From: an uncultured Hyphomicrobiales bacterium
GTDB taxonomy: Bacteria > Bacteroidota > Ignavibacteria > Kapaibacteriales > UBA2268
DNA: 64,000 bases
Assembly: GCA_964610885.1 (NCBI GenBank)
Contig: CAZSWR010000004.1
Location: 16,200-80,199 of the forward strand
Reading direction: 5' to 3'
Below are positions 10,133-20,130 of this stretch, in pieces. The stretch's first letter is position 1, and every line of letters begins with the position of its first letter. The position numbers were made by a program, and so were the translations under genes. The notes under the pieces are model-generated. The model saw nothing but the letters and a program-made list of their open reading frames with translations. It ran no database searches and had not been told where the DNA came from.

Positions 10133-13030
10133 TTATTTGGTTACGATAACCGGCACTTGGACGAGAGTACCGCCCACGTTTGCCACGACGAAGTATTTGC
10201 CAGAAGCGAGGGCTGATGCGTTGAACTCTGCGCTGACAGAGCTGCCCGGTGCAACAACCGAATTATATACATCGGCCACTTTCATGCCTGTTAAGTCGAT
10301 CACATAGACGTTGACGTTCTTTGTGGAGTAACCGGCAAGGTTCATCGTGATGACAGATTTTTCCGAAAGCGGGTTCGGGGATGCTTTCATCGAGAAAAGC
10401 CCATCGGGTGTGGTGCCTTCGTTGACGTCGTTGACGCCAGTTTTCGATTTGAGCAAAATCTGGAGCGAAGGCGTGTTCTTTGCGTTCGATGTAATGATCA
10501 TATTAGCATTGTAAGTGTCATTTTCGCGGTTGTTCTTGGCTGTAAGAGTCAAGTTGTGGCTCTTTCCTTTTTCGATGGTGATCGGGAAGCTGGTTCCTTC
10601 AGCATAATCGAATACGCCACGAGAATCGTTGAAATCGACCATTGTAATAATCAGAGGTTCGTTTCCTGTGCTGCTGATTTTGAGTGTTTGCGTTGCTTGA
10701 ACTTTCGGTGTCATTGTCCCGAAATCCACTTCGGCTACGTCAGTGGCAATCTGCGGGCCTGTACCCGTTGATTTCACGTCGGCCAGCATGAGGATATCGA
10801 ATGTGGGCGAGTTTTTAGCATTGGATGTGAAGCGAAGCGTTGCATCCATCGAACCGGAGTTCTTGGCTACGAATTGGACAGTAACTTCCATCGATTGCTC
10901 GGGTTGGAGAGTGATTGCATCGGCGAACGAAGGAATAAGGTCGAAAAGGTTCGCATAGGTGCCGACTGTTTCATATTTAGAAATCACGAGCGGTTCTGTG
11001 CCGGAATTGGTGATTTTTACTTTCTGTGTTTCTGTTTGTCCGATTTCCATATCGAGGAAAGTAACATCTTTGACGTCGGAGATAATTCTCGGGCCGACTT
11101 CGCCCAGAGGATCTAGCCAGCTAAGGATGCGGTCGAGGAAGTCTGTGCGGGTTTGCTCTGTGGACATACCCTCGACGCCGACAGTTGTATAGACAAGTTT
11201 GCCATTGCCGATTTTTTTATGAATGCCGAGGTATTGGTCTTCGTCGGTGTTCATGTAGCAGAAGGGAACTGCTTGGGAACCATCGCGCGGAGCCATGGGG
11301 CATGTGTAGAATGTTGCGGCACTCCATTCGCTGTTTAACTGAGTAGCGTTCACATACATTCCAGAACCGATAATATCGCCATCCATGCCGTTGACTTCAT
11401 AAGAAGAAAAGCTTAGGTATCCATTATCAGTATAGGCCAATGAATAGAAAGGAGCACCGCCATCGGGCGTACTCGTCGTATCGACGCCAATATAGCTCTC
11501 ATAGAAATCGACGATATCAGAATTATCACTCCTAAGCCCCATCCAATGGTCAAGCCACGAAGAAATCCATACTTTCTTGCCTGCGGTCAGCATATCCTTC
11601 ACCATTGTAATTATTTCGGTTGTATAACCTCCATTCATGAACAAAGAATATCCCACTGGGCCTGTTGCAGAATTGCCAATTAATCCATCTGAATAGAAAA
11701 CTGCGCAATCATAGTTATTAGTCGGGAATTTGGTAAGTGTAATTTCATTCAATGGAATTACAGCAGTTTCCTTTTGATACGATTCGTTAAAATTGGCAAT
11801 TGAATAAGCATGGTACATGTCATTGTAAATTCCATCGTAATAATTACTCACAAGCGATGTACCTGTGAAAACAGCCAATTTGATCTTGTTCGTCATAAAA
11901 TAGTCGCTATGCGATGTCGGCAGCGGGAAGGCATTGTCCAGCCCGACGGGATAAACACCAAGCGTGAGGGCCGCATAGCCGGCTGCTTCCCCGGGAGTGA
12001 GGACAATATTCACGTCAACAGTGCCTTTCGAAGGAATTGTTACAAGGTTGCTGCTAAGCTCAGCTTTCCACGTTTCGGGAAGGCTTCCGCCCATATAAAC
12101 TTTGCAAGTCATCTCGAAGTTATTATCGTTGCGGATTGTTACCTTTTTGGTGAAGACTTGGTTGCGTTCGATCAGGTTGTACGACGATTCTTGTGGGATC
12201 GATGCGCTAACCCTCGGGATAGACGTTACGCCCGAAAGCGACGGCATCGTGCTGACGGCGGCTTGCAAAACTTCCTTCGTGGTTGTGTCCTGAACGTAAA
12301 CCACTGCATAGAGCATTGTCGGATACCATTCGGGGTTCATAAAAGTTGCGTACGATTTGGCAACGAGGCCATTTGCAGCACCATTAATCAGAACAGAGCC
12401 ATCATCGGTATTGCCCATAAAATTGCGGGCGACGAAATAGAAGTTCTTCTCGCCGTTCGATCCGGCTTGGTTGTACCAGTGGTATGCTTCGCAAAGGACC
12501 ACGAAGAGGCGTTTGTTCGAGAATGCAGCCGAACTTTTCACCGATGCGTCCACGCGGACACTATCGCCATCCAAATACAAAGCACTTGTGACTTCATAAG
12601 TGGTCTTGCCTGTACCTTTTGCCGTTGAAATAGTGTTTTTCATGGTTGTCTGGTTGCTCCAAGTGCCAACCTTGTTGCCACCGGCAATAAAGTGTTCGTA
12701 AGCAGTTGGGCTACTTGTATTGAAACGGTTAGCAATGATGCTTCTCTCCTTGGCGGGAAGGCCGGAGTAAATTGCATCAGCAAAGTAATTATTGTCGTTG
12801 TCTTGATATGCCAAGTGATAAACGATCGGAATCACTGGATTCGCAGCGGACAAGTTCTGAATGAAATAGGTCATATTGCCAGGATTCATGGAAGCGGCGA
12901 CGCTACTCGACGTATTCGTAAAGTATTCAGCCAGAATACTCTTAGTGATATTCTGGGCAGATGCCCCAATCACTGAGAAGAGCAACGCAAAACTGAACAC
13001 TGCGGTGCTAATGAGACGATTAAACTTCAT
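10133..13030 (-). CDS. Large secreted protein with Ig-like repeat modules and a T9SS C-terminal sorting domain
   Basis: The start is set at ATG 13030 (MKFNRLISTAVFSFALLFSVIGASAQ signal peptide). Repeated modules of the VDFG/ITNSGTEPL type resemble choice-of-anchor-D or HYDIN-like folds. The last ~85 aa (SPNPLSEKSVITMNL...GKYFVVANVGGTLVQVPVIVTK) look like a type-A T9SS CTD. Confidence 0.8.
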   Translation of the reverse strand: MKFNRLISTAVFSFALLFSVIGASAQNITKSILAEYFTNTSSSVAASMNPGNMTYFIQNLSAANPVIPIVYHLAYQDNDNNYFADAIYSGLPAKERSIIANRFNTSSPTAYEHFIAGGNKVGTWSNQTTMKNTISTAKGTGKTTYEVTSALYLDGDSVRVDASVKSSAAFSNKRLFVVLCEAYHWYNQAGSNGEKNFYFVARNFMGNTDDGSVLINGAANGLVAKSYATFMNPEWYPTMLYAVVYVQDTTTKEVLQAAVSTMPSLSGVTSIPRVSASIPQESSYNLIERNQVFTKKVTIRNDNNFEMTCKVYMGGSLPETWKAELSSNLVTIPSKGTVDVNIVLTPGEAAGYAALTLGVYPVGLDNAFPLPTSHSDYFMTNKIKLAVFTGTSLVSNYYDGIYNDMYHAYSIANFNESYQKETAVIPLNEITLTKFPTNNYDCAVFYSDGLIGNSATGPVGYSLFMNGGYTTEIITMVKDMLTAGKKVWISSWLDHWMGLRSDNSDIVDFYESYIGVDTTSTPDGGAPFYSLAYTDNGYLSFSSYEVNGMDGDIIGSGMYVNATQLNSEWSAATFYTCPMAPRDGSQAVPFCYMNTDEDQYLGIHKKIGNGKLVYTTVGVEGMSTEQTRTDFLDRILSWLDPLGEVGPRIISDVKDVTFLDMEIGQTETQKVKITNSGTEPLVISKYETVGTYANLFDLIPSFADAITLQPEQSMEVTVQFVAKNSGSMDATLRFTSNAKNSPTFDILMLADVKSTGTGPQIATDVAEVDFGTMTPKVQATQTLKISSTGNEPLIITMVDFNDSRGVFDYAEGTSFPITIEKGKSHNLTLTAKNNRENDTYNANMIITSNAKNTPSLQILLKSKTGVNDVNEGTTPDGLFSMKASPNPLSEKSVITMNLAGYSTKNVNVYVIDLTGMKVADVYNSVVAPGSSVSAEFNASALASGKYFVVANVGGTLVQVPVIVTK

Positions 13031-13262
13031 AATACAACTCCGAATAATAATATAACACTTTGATTTATCGAAAAATATATAAAAATTCCATTGCATTTGC
13101 AGTAATGCACTTTCGTTAATAGTAATTTAATTAAAAAATAATGAATTGCCAAAGAATTTCAACACCTGGCAGGAGGAATATTTAGTTTGAAATTCGTAGT
13201 CTTCATGCTTTTTTTTACTGCCCCTTTTCTTGGAGCCTGTTGGAATAGTATAGTTCGGCCAT

Positions 13263-13393
13263 GGGGATGTCTCAAAAGTCCAAAAAACTGTTTTTTGTCA
13301 TGTTGAACGGAGTGAAACATCCATATTCAGCAATGACTTATGAATGGCATAGATTCTTCACTACGTTCAGAATGACACTTTTGAGACAGCCCC
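13263..13393 (+). repeat. Long-hairpin intergenic repeat, family 1, copy 1
   Basis: Outer arms are GGGGATGTCTCAAAAGT and ACTTTTGAGACAGCCCC. Inner arms are GTCATGTTGAACGGAGTGAA and TTCACTACGTTCAGAATGAC. Closely similar copies lie at 54157..54287 and 61686..61817. Confidence 0.85.
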
Positions 13394-13660
13394 TTCGATA
13401 AAAGCCATATCTCCATTGTTATCAATGTTTAAGCACAAACCGTTTTAGCCCCCTTTGAAAAAGCAGGGTTGGGGGAGTTGTCGATTTTTCAATGAGTTAC
13501 TGCAACTTTGGCAATGGGCAAGCCCCACTGCTTACAGAAAATACTTTTTCAACAGGCTGCTAGAATTATTACTACGCAGCATCGTCAAGAAATAAATAAT
13601 TATTATATTGCATTCTTTTCATTATAAAACTATTACGAATTTTTAGAATATTTAATAATT

Positions 13661-14101
13661 ATGAGAGCAGTTGTACAAAGAGTAAGCCGGGCTTGTGTCG
13701 AAATCGAAGGCGAGGTTACCCGAGCAATCGGAAAGGGATTGTGCGTATTCATTGCAATCACAGACACAGACACACACGAAAAGACTGATTGGATGATTAA
13801 TAAATTGATCAATCTGCGAATATTCGAGGACGGAGACGGCAAGATGAACCTTTCGGCAAACGATACCGGTGGGGAAATACTCCTCGTCTCGAACTTCACG
13901 CTCTATGGCGATGCAGAAAGAGGATACCGCCCGAGTTTCAGCAAATCCTCGCGCCCGGAATTCGCCGAACCTTTCTATGACGAGTTCGTCCGAAGGCTCC
14001 GCGAAAGGCACCAGCACAAAGTTGCAACGGGCAGCTTCGGCGCGATGATGGACATCAGCTTAGTGAACGACGGGCCGGTTACGGTAATAATTGAAAAATA
14101 G
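13661..14101 (+). CDS. dtd: D-aminoacyl-tRNA deacylase
   Basis: 146 aa with MRAVVQRV at the N-terminus and the SNFTLYGD and NDGPVT motifs. Confidence 0.9.
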   Translation: MRAVVQRVSRACVEIEGEVTRAIGKGLCVFIAITDTDTHEKTDWMINKLINLRIFEDGDGKMNLSANDTGGEILLVSNFTLYGDAERGYRPSFSKSSRPEFAEPFYDEFVRRLRERHQHKVATGSFGAMMDISLVNDGPVTVIIEK

Positions 14102-14285
14102 GTGGCGACTGCCCCTTTATTCTTTTTTGGGCAGCGCAATGAAGAATGTAAAAATGAAACAGAATTCATTTCCCCTTATATTAGAATTCTCTGCCCCATA
14201 TATTTGACATTCTTTGCATAAATTTTATGCAACAAATCTCTGTTTATTATGTTATGAATTGTAAGTAAGTATTGAAAAGGCAGAT

Positions 14286-17200
14286 ATGAAGCAATTGCGC
14301 TACTTAATAATCACGATGATGATGTTTTCAATGGCCGGCGAGTGTTTGGCTCAGGTCTTTTCATTAACGAATGTCAATTATTCAAATTTCCCAATCGTTA
14401 GCTCGCAATTCATTGCGCTCGACGAAATGAATAATCCATACCAAAACCTCAACGAGAATGATTTCAGAATCATTGAGAATAATATCACAATTCCTTCAAC
14501 GGATGTAACCGTTAACTGCATCGAATCGACTATTGTCCCGCCGGTGGACGTCGTGCTGGCAATCGACCAGAGCAACTCCATGACGGAAACCGCACCCGAT
14601 GGCTTGCAACGCTGGGATTGGGTGGTCGAAGGGGCGACAAGTTTCGTCAATACTGTCGATTTCGTGAATGCCCCATCGTCGAGGATTGCCGTGGTTTCTT
14701 TCGGAACGTATTCATACCTTCGATGCGGATTCTCGGCGAATAAATCTGTGATATGCGATTCAATACTTCGGACCTCTGTGGGCGGCGGGACGAGCTACCG
14801 AATGGTTCTTTTGGACAGGAATATTGGCGCAATTTCCTTGCTCGCCTCTAGGACCAGCGGCAACCGGAGGATTGTCGTTTTCCTCACCGACGGCCAGCCC
14901 CAAGACCAAACCCCAACTCAGGAAATCATAAACCTGATGCTCGAAAATGGCATTCAATTCTATGCGATCACTCTCGGGACCGAAATGACCGCTGATTTGC
15001 AGCAAATCGCTTCGCAGACCGGCGGCAAATCGTTCAGCGCGAACACTTTGGCCGATGTGAGGGGAATTTATAATTACATTGCGCTCGATATCCAACGTAC
15101 ACAAACATGCACAATCTCATGGAAATCGGCCTACCCATGCACGAATCCAGAATTGAATCGGAAGGTAGATGTCCAATTCGCAAGGAGCGCTAAAACTTTC
15201 AGCCTTTCTTATACGCTCCCTTTGAGCGCATTGTTTAGCATCAAAAAGAGTACAAACACTGCTTATTTCGGCAATCCTGCGCCGGGCGGATTCTCCGACG
15301 TCGAGGTTACTTTCACGCCCGAGACCGAGGACTACTACGTGCCTGCGGGCGGAGTAAGAATCGAACCGAGCAACTATTTCCAGATTACCGATTACGACGT
15401 GGGCGGCACTAATAAAACCCCTCCCCTGACTTTGCCGAAAGGAATAACTCGGCGAATGAATCTTAGATTCACTCAATCAGGCTCGATGACGTATCGCCAA
15501 GCAGTCCTCACTCTCGACGGGGCGCCCTGCCCGGCCAGAATAGATTTGAAGGGCGGGCTTTCGCGCGTGGTCCTCATCGAACCGGACACGGCACAAATTT
15601 TCTCATCATGCGAGCCGATCGATATCGAGTGGATCGGCACCGATGTAACTTCCGTACTGAACCTGTATTACAGCATTGACGAAAAAAAAACGTGGCTGCC
15701 AATAGCAAAAAGTATTACCGGAACAAATAAATACACATGGACCAATCCACCGCAGAATCGTGAAATCTATATTATGATCAGCCGGAACAGCGAACTTGGA
15801 TGCTTTTGGGTGCGCCAAATGGGTAGCACCGGCAAGGACATTGTAAACCAAATCACCTTCAATAAGGACACCACAGCCGTAACGCTCACCGGATACTATA
15901 CCGACAGCATCCGCGCCGGCGATACGACGATCAACAGCGTTGGAATAAAAGACTTTTTCTTGGCCCAATACAATACCGATGGGAACTTGGTTTGGATTCA
16001 ATCTGCAGGTAGCCGTTTGGACGATTCGTCCTCCTGCGTGATAATCGATACTTCAGACAACATATATATCGCCGGGTCGCTCTGCTCGGGTGTGAAAATT
16101 GGAGCAATGACCTACACCCTTCCCGACGCAACCGGGCAGTACTGCTTCGTGGCGAAGTATTCTCCGGCCGGCAAAGTAGAAGCAGTTTATGTGTTGGGGT
16201 CAAAATATACAATCGACCAATTCGAAGCTCATGGGCAACGCCTTAGTTTCGACCCCAAAACAAAGCAAATCACTCTCTATGGAATCTATAAGGGCGCTTA
16301 TAAAGACCTGAACAATTCTTTGCCCAAGGCTTTAGTGTTCAAGCCATTTACTGCAACGTTTGATACGGAACTGATGCCGAATATCATTCAGACCTATTCG
16401 GGCAGCTTTCCTGCCGCCAATCTTTCGGTCTCCGATGCTAACAGCAACACGTATTTGTCAGGAAATTTCTCCGGCACAGTGAATCAATGCTCATCAACGC
16501 TTGTATCGGCGGGAAACACAGACATTTATTTACGAAAATCGGGCGTAATCCCAGGTTCGTCCGATACACTTTCGTATGCAGTCCAAAGCCGTCAGCCAAA
16601 GCTGACTTTCTCATCAAACTCGATCGACTTCAACACGAGAATAACCGGAGCCTTGGCGGATACGACGCTTATCGCCGGTTTGTGCAATACGGATTCAATT
16701 CCTGTAACAATTGTTTCTGCATCAGTAAGCGCCTCCGAAAGCGGAGTTTTTTCCCTTGGCAGCAGTCTGGCTGGGCTTGTAATCAATCCCGGCGAGTGCA
16801 TTGATTTGCCTGTGGCCTTCAATCCGACTCATGTAGGTTCGTTCAGCGGAACAATCGGAATAGTTGTCGATTGCCCACAAGGAAAGACTTATTCGATAAG
16901 CCTGCGTGGGGCCGCGGTATGCAATTTGTTCACTTTGAGCAGCTACGATTTCGATCAAACCGGCATTGGCGACCAGCAGCAATCCGGCCGAATTGCCTTG
17001 ATTACCAACCACAACCCAGACCCCGTGGAAGTGCTTGTTTCAATTTCGGGCGACATGTCGGATTTTGTATCCACGTTGGCAGCCGGTTCGTTTATGCTCG
17101 AACCCGAAGGCAGTTTGTACTCGGATTTCACTTTCTCGCCCCAATCGGCAGGAAACAAATCCTTATTGCTGTCCTACACGTTCAATGTCGGCTGTCCGGC

Positions 17201-18869
17201 AAATTCGGCCATCATCACCGGAATCGGCGTCCAGACGGACGTATCCGTTACGAACGCAACGTTCGGAAAGCACAGGCTGCTCACATCTTCAAAGAAAAAG
17301 ATTTATGTCGAAAACAAATCAGCAATCGACCGTTCGGTTTTGACTATTGATTTTGAGCCAAGCGCGAAAAATGCTTTTTCATATACGAAACCGAATCTGC
17401 CATGGGTGATTAAAGCCAACACCAAAGATTCCATTGAAATAAGTTTCGTCCCGACCGAAGAGATTTTGTATTCCAACAGGCTGCTATTCACGGTCGAGGG
17501 CCAATCCTCACCAATTTCGTCGGCTCTGACAGGCGAAGGGATTCTTCCCCAAATTTCCCTGCGCTACGAGTGTTCCGAGCCGATCAAGCGCGGCACTATG
17601 GCCACGTCGAGGATCTACATCTACAATCCTTCTGCCTCCAGCGACCTAAAGGTGGAAAGTATTGACCTTGCGTCCACAGTAAATTACCACTTCCCTGCGC
17701 CGCTGCCGATGCCGACCACGATTCGCTCGGGCGAGGAAACATTCTTTGATGTGATTTTCGCACCGCAAGCGAGCGGTATGATCGAAAATACTATTACTGT
17801 CAATTCCGACGCCGCCCCCGGGCCGGACGAAGCGCCAATCGTGCCGACTGCATTGAAATATGCTTGCGAAGCGACCGGCGAAGACATTCCGGCATCCTTC
17901 GATTTCGATGGAGCAATAATTTGCTCGAGGTCTATTCTGAGTAAATCAATTAAAAACAATAGCACTTCCCAAAGCCTAACAATTGATAAAGCAACGATTA
18001 GCGGGCCCGGGCAGAGCCACTTCGCTTTTGTCAGCTCGCTGCCCATCGAAGTGCCTGCCAACGAAAGCAGAGAACTTTCGATTGCTTTCTCGCCCGACGA
18101 AGAAATGGATTATTCGGCAGAACTGACTCTCGGCTCCGGCAGCACCGCGCTGGGCACTGTACCCCTGAGCGGCCACGGAGTGGGCCTCCGGCTCTATTTC
18201 GAGCTTGATACGCTCAGATTCACCCCCGGGCAAACCGTCTCGCTCAGCGTCTTTGGCCGGTACTCCGAACTTCGCGAGCCACCTGTGTCGCTTGGCTCCA
18301 TGATTGATTATAACCGAAACACTCTCGTTTTGCGCCAAGGAGCCATCAGAAACGGCAATTTGGCCGGGATTGTGTGGAGCCAGCAAGGATGGCAGCCCGC
18401 CACAATAACCGGAACGGGCAATTTCCCGAATGAGTACTCTGGGCTGCTATTCACTGCCGATTTCGCTTCGTACCTGGGCGATTCCATTTCGTCGTTTGTC
18501 GGCGTGCGCCCCATATACGAGGACTGCTCGGCCGGATTAACAGATTCGGCATTCACAAAGATAACCGGAGTATGCTTCTCGGAGGGTCGTTTCGTGGAAG
18601 TTGGCGCAGCTGGCTTCGGCTTGGAGAGTTTGCCCAATCCATTGCGCAACAACACGAAGCTCAACTACAGCCTGCCATTCGATATGAACGTAGAGATTAG
18701 TATATATAATTCAATCGGTTCGAGAGTGATGCAATTGGCAAATGGATATTCTTCCAAAGGAGTTTCAAGCATTCTCTTCCCTGCGGAGGAACTGAGCGCG
18801 GGGCTGTATTTGGTTCGGATGATCGGCGGAGGGCAGGCGTCGTCGATCCAAGTTATTATCGAAAAATAA
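14286..18869 (+). CDS. Giant vWA-domain surface protein with a T9SS C-terminal sorting domain
   Basis: 1527 aa with a signal peptide. The N-terminal vWA has MIDAS residues (AIDQSNSM ... GGGTSY ... FLTDGQP). A propeller-like region follows, then several Ig-like modules (pattern FG...V...ITN.G..P). The C-terminal ~80 aa (LPNPLRNNTKLNYSL...GLYLVRMIGGGQASSIQVIIEK) fit a T9SS CTD. Confidence 0.85.
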   Translation: MKQLRYLIITMMMFSMAGECLAQVFSLTNVNYSNFPIVSSQFIALDEMNNPYQNLNENDFRIIENNITIPSTDVTVNCIESTIVPPVDVVLAIDQSNSMTETAPDGLQRWDWVVEGATSFVNTVDFVNAPSSRIAVVSFGTYSYLRCGFSANKSVICDSILRTSVGGGTSYRMVLLDRNIGAISLLASRTSGNRRIVVFLTDGQPQDQTPTQEIINLMLENGIQFYAITLGTEMTADLQQIASQTGGKSFSANTLADVRGIYNYIALDIQRTQTCTISWKSAYPCTNPELNRKVDVQFARSAKTFSLSYTLPLSALFSIKKSTNTAYFGNPAPGGFSDVEVTFTPETEDYYVPAGGVRIEPSNYFQITDYDVGGTNKTPPLTLPKGITRRMNLRFTQSGSMTYRQAVLTLDGAPCPARIDLKGGLSRVVLIEPDTAQIFSSCEPIDIEWIGTDVTSVLNLYYSIDEKKTWLPIAKSITGTNKYTWTNPPQNREIYIMISRNSELGCFWVRQMGSTGKDIVNQITFNKDTTAVTLTGYYTDSIRAGDTTINSVGIKDFFLAQYNTDGNLVWIQSAGSRLDDSSSCVIIDTSDNIYIAGSLCSGVKIGAMTYTLPDATGQYCFVAKYSPAGKVEAVYVLGSKYTIDQFEAHGQRLSFDPKTKQITLYGIYKGAYKDLNNSLPKALVFKPFTATFDTELMPNIIQTYSGSFPAANLSVSDANSNTYLSGNFSGTVNQCSSTLVSAGNTDIYLRKSGVIPGSSDTLSYAVQSRQPKLTFSSNSIDFNTRITGALADTTLIAGLCNTDSIPVTIVSASVSASESGVFSLGSSLAGLVINPGECIDLPVAFNPTHVGSFSGTIGIVVDCPQGKTYSISLRGAAVCNLFTLSSYDFDQTGIGDQQQSGRIALITNHNPDPVEVLVSISGDMSDFVSTLAAGSFMLEPEGSLYSDFTFSPQSAGNKSLLLSYTFNVGCPANSAIITGIGVQTDVSVTNATFGKHRLLTSSKKKIYVENKSAIDRSVLTIDFEPSAKNAFSYTKPNLPWVIKANTKDSIEISFVPTEEILYSNRLLFTVEGQSSPISSALTGEGILPQISLRYECSEPIKRGTMATSRIYIYNPSASSDLKVESIDLASTVNYHFPAPLPMPTTIRSGEETFFDVIFAPQASGMIENTITVNSDAAPGPDEAPIVPTALKYACEATGEDIPASFDFDGAIICSRSILSKSIKNNSTSQSLTIDKATISGPGQSHFAFVSSLPIEVPANESRELSIAFSPDEEMDYSAELTLGSGSTALGTVPLSGHGVGLRLYFELDTLRFTPGQTVSLSVFGRYSELREPPVSLGSMIDYNRNTLVLRQGAIRNGNLAGIVWSQQGWQPATITGTGNFPNEYSGLLFTADFASYLGDSISSFVGVRPIYEDCSAGLTDSAFTKITGVCFSEGRFVEVGAAGFGLESLPNPLRNNTKLNYSLPFDMNVEISIYNSIGSRVMQLANGYSSKGVSSILFPAEELSAGLYLVRMIGGGQASSIQVIIEK

Positions 18870-19046
18870 AATCCTATAATACATATTTTGTAAGATACGG
18901 TACTATTAGTTTTTATATAGATTTGATTCATTTGCAAATAATATAATATTTGTTTTTTGCGACAGAGCTTACTTTTCGTGTTTGTGAATGAGCAAAAATA
19001 ATGTTAAATTGTTAATTTATAATTAACTGTTTAGCAGTGATTGACA

Positions 19047-20003
19047 ATGGATTTTCAAAAATCATTAGCATCGAAACTCGGGGGCTACTTCGATTCGGTC
19101 ATAGCAGAGCATCAGGAAAAGCATAAATCATCACCGGAATCCTTCCCGGGGCTGGAAATGCTCAAGGACAGGCTGAACCACTACATTGATATGTGCATCG
19201 ATGATTGCAACGCTATCAAGGGTCAGGTGAACGATCCCGATTCCATCGATTTGCTAATTGATATTATCAAATCTGTATCAGAACTTATTCTCGAAATCGG
19301 ATACGCTCACGGCAAACACGAGCAAATCACTCGCGATTCGCTGCTACACGTACTTCTTTCTGCATTCTCGCGCGCCGGTTGCCCCGAACTGAGCCTGCCG
19401 GATAGAATCATTATCAATTCAATCCCTGACTACGCATTGCAACAATCTGTCAACAAATTGGCCTCATACTTCGCTCAGAGCTTGGTCAAATCCGTTGTAG
19501 TCAATTGGACCCCGAAAATCGGCCACGTGTTGCTAATCGGCTGGGTTAAATACATCGTAACCCGCATGTATAACCGCGCTAACGATTTCTTCGCCCAAAC
19601 ATTCGAGATTAGCCCCGAAAAGAGTGCTTTCTTCACCGAACCCCAAGGCCAGCAATCCAAGGATATTGTCTTGGAGAAAATGAAGATCCAGCTTCTGATG
19701 AACCTAATGAAAAGCGATGGCGAGATTGCTCCCGAAGAATACGAGTATATCGAGCTCATGCTTAGCAATTCAATTCTGCCGGAGGCCGAAAGGGATGAAT
19801 TGCTGTCGCAGGCCAACACGCTCGACCAGTGCTCAATTGATTTCAAACTCCTTTCGTCCATCGCAGAGGATCCCATTCTGATGATGCTCGACCTGTACGC
19901 GCTTGCGAAACGTGACGGCAAAATTCACGAAATGGAAAAGAAATACCTGGAAGAGGTTGGCAGCAAACTCGGCATTTCCGAGCGTGTTATGCTATACTTC
20001 TAA
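19047..20003 (+). CDS. Hypothetical all-alpha protein with a TerB-like C-terminal region
   Basis: The start is taken at ATG 19047, since the track start at 19041 is TTG. In the C-terminal ~110 aa, MKSDGEIAPEEYEYIELML ... LAKRDGKIHEMEKKYLEEVGSKLGIS resembles the paired D-G-x-I-x-x-x-E helices of TerB/DjlA-N-like domains. This rests on my recollection only. Confidence 0.45.
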   Translation: MDFQKSLASKLGGYFDSVIAEHQEKHKSSPESFPGLEMLKDRLNHYIDMCIDDCNAIKGQVNDPDSIDLLIDIIKSVSELILEIGYAHGKHEQITRDSLLHVLLSAFSRAGCPELSLPDRIIINSIPDYALQQSVNKLASYFAQSLVKSVVVNWTPKIGHVLLIGWVKYIVTRMYNRANDFFAQTFEISPEKSAFFTEPQGQQSKDIVLEKMKIQLLMNLMKSDGEIAPEEYEYIELMLSNSILPEAERDELLSQANTLDQCSIDFKLLSSIAEDPILMMLDLYALAKRDGKIHEMEKKYLEEVGSKLGISERVMLYF

Positions 20004-20130
20004 CAGCTTGGCATTTAAACCCCTTTGGCGATTATTTTGTCAATATGTGTATAAGGAATATTTTCCACACACGAAACCTTTCTTTAGTTAAATTCGTATT
20101 AATGGTTTTGACAACTTTTGCAGGATACAA

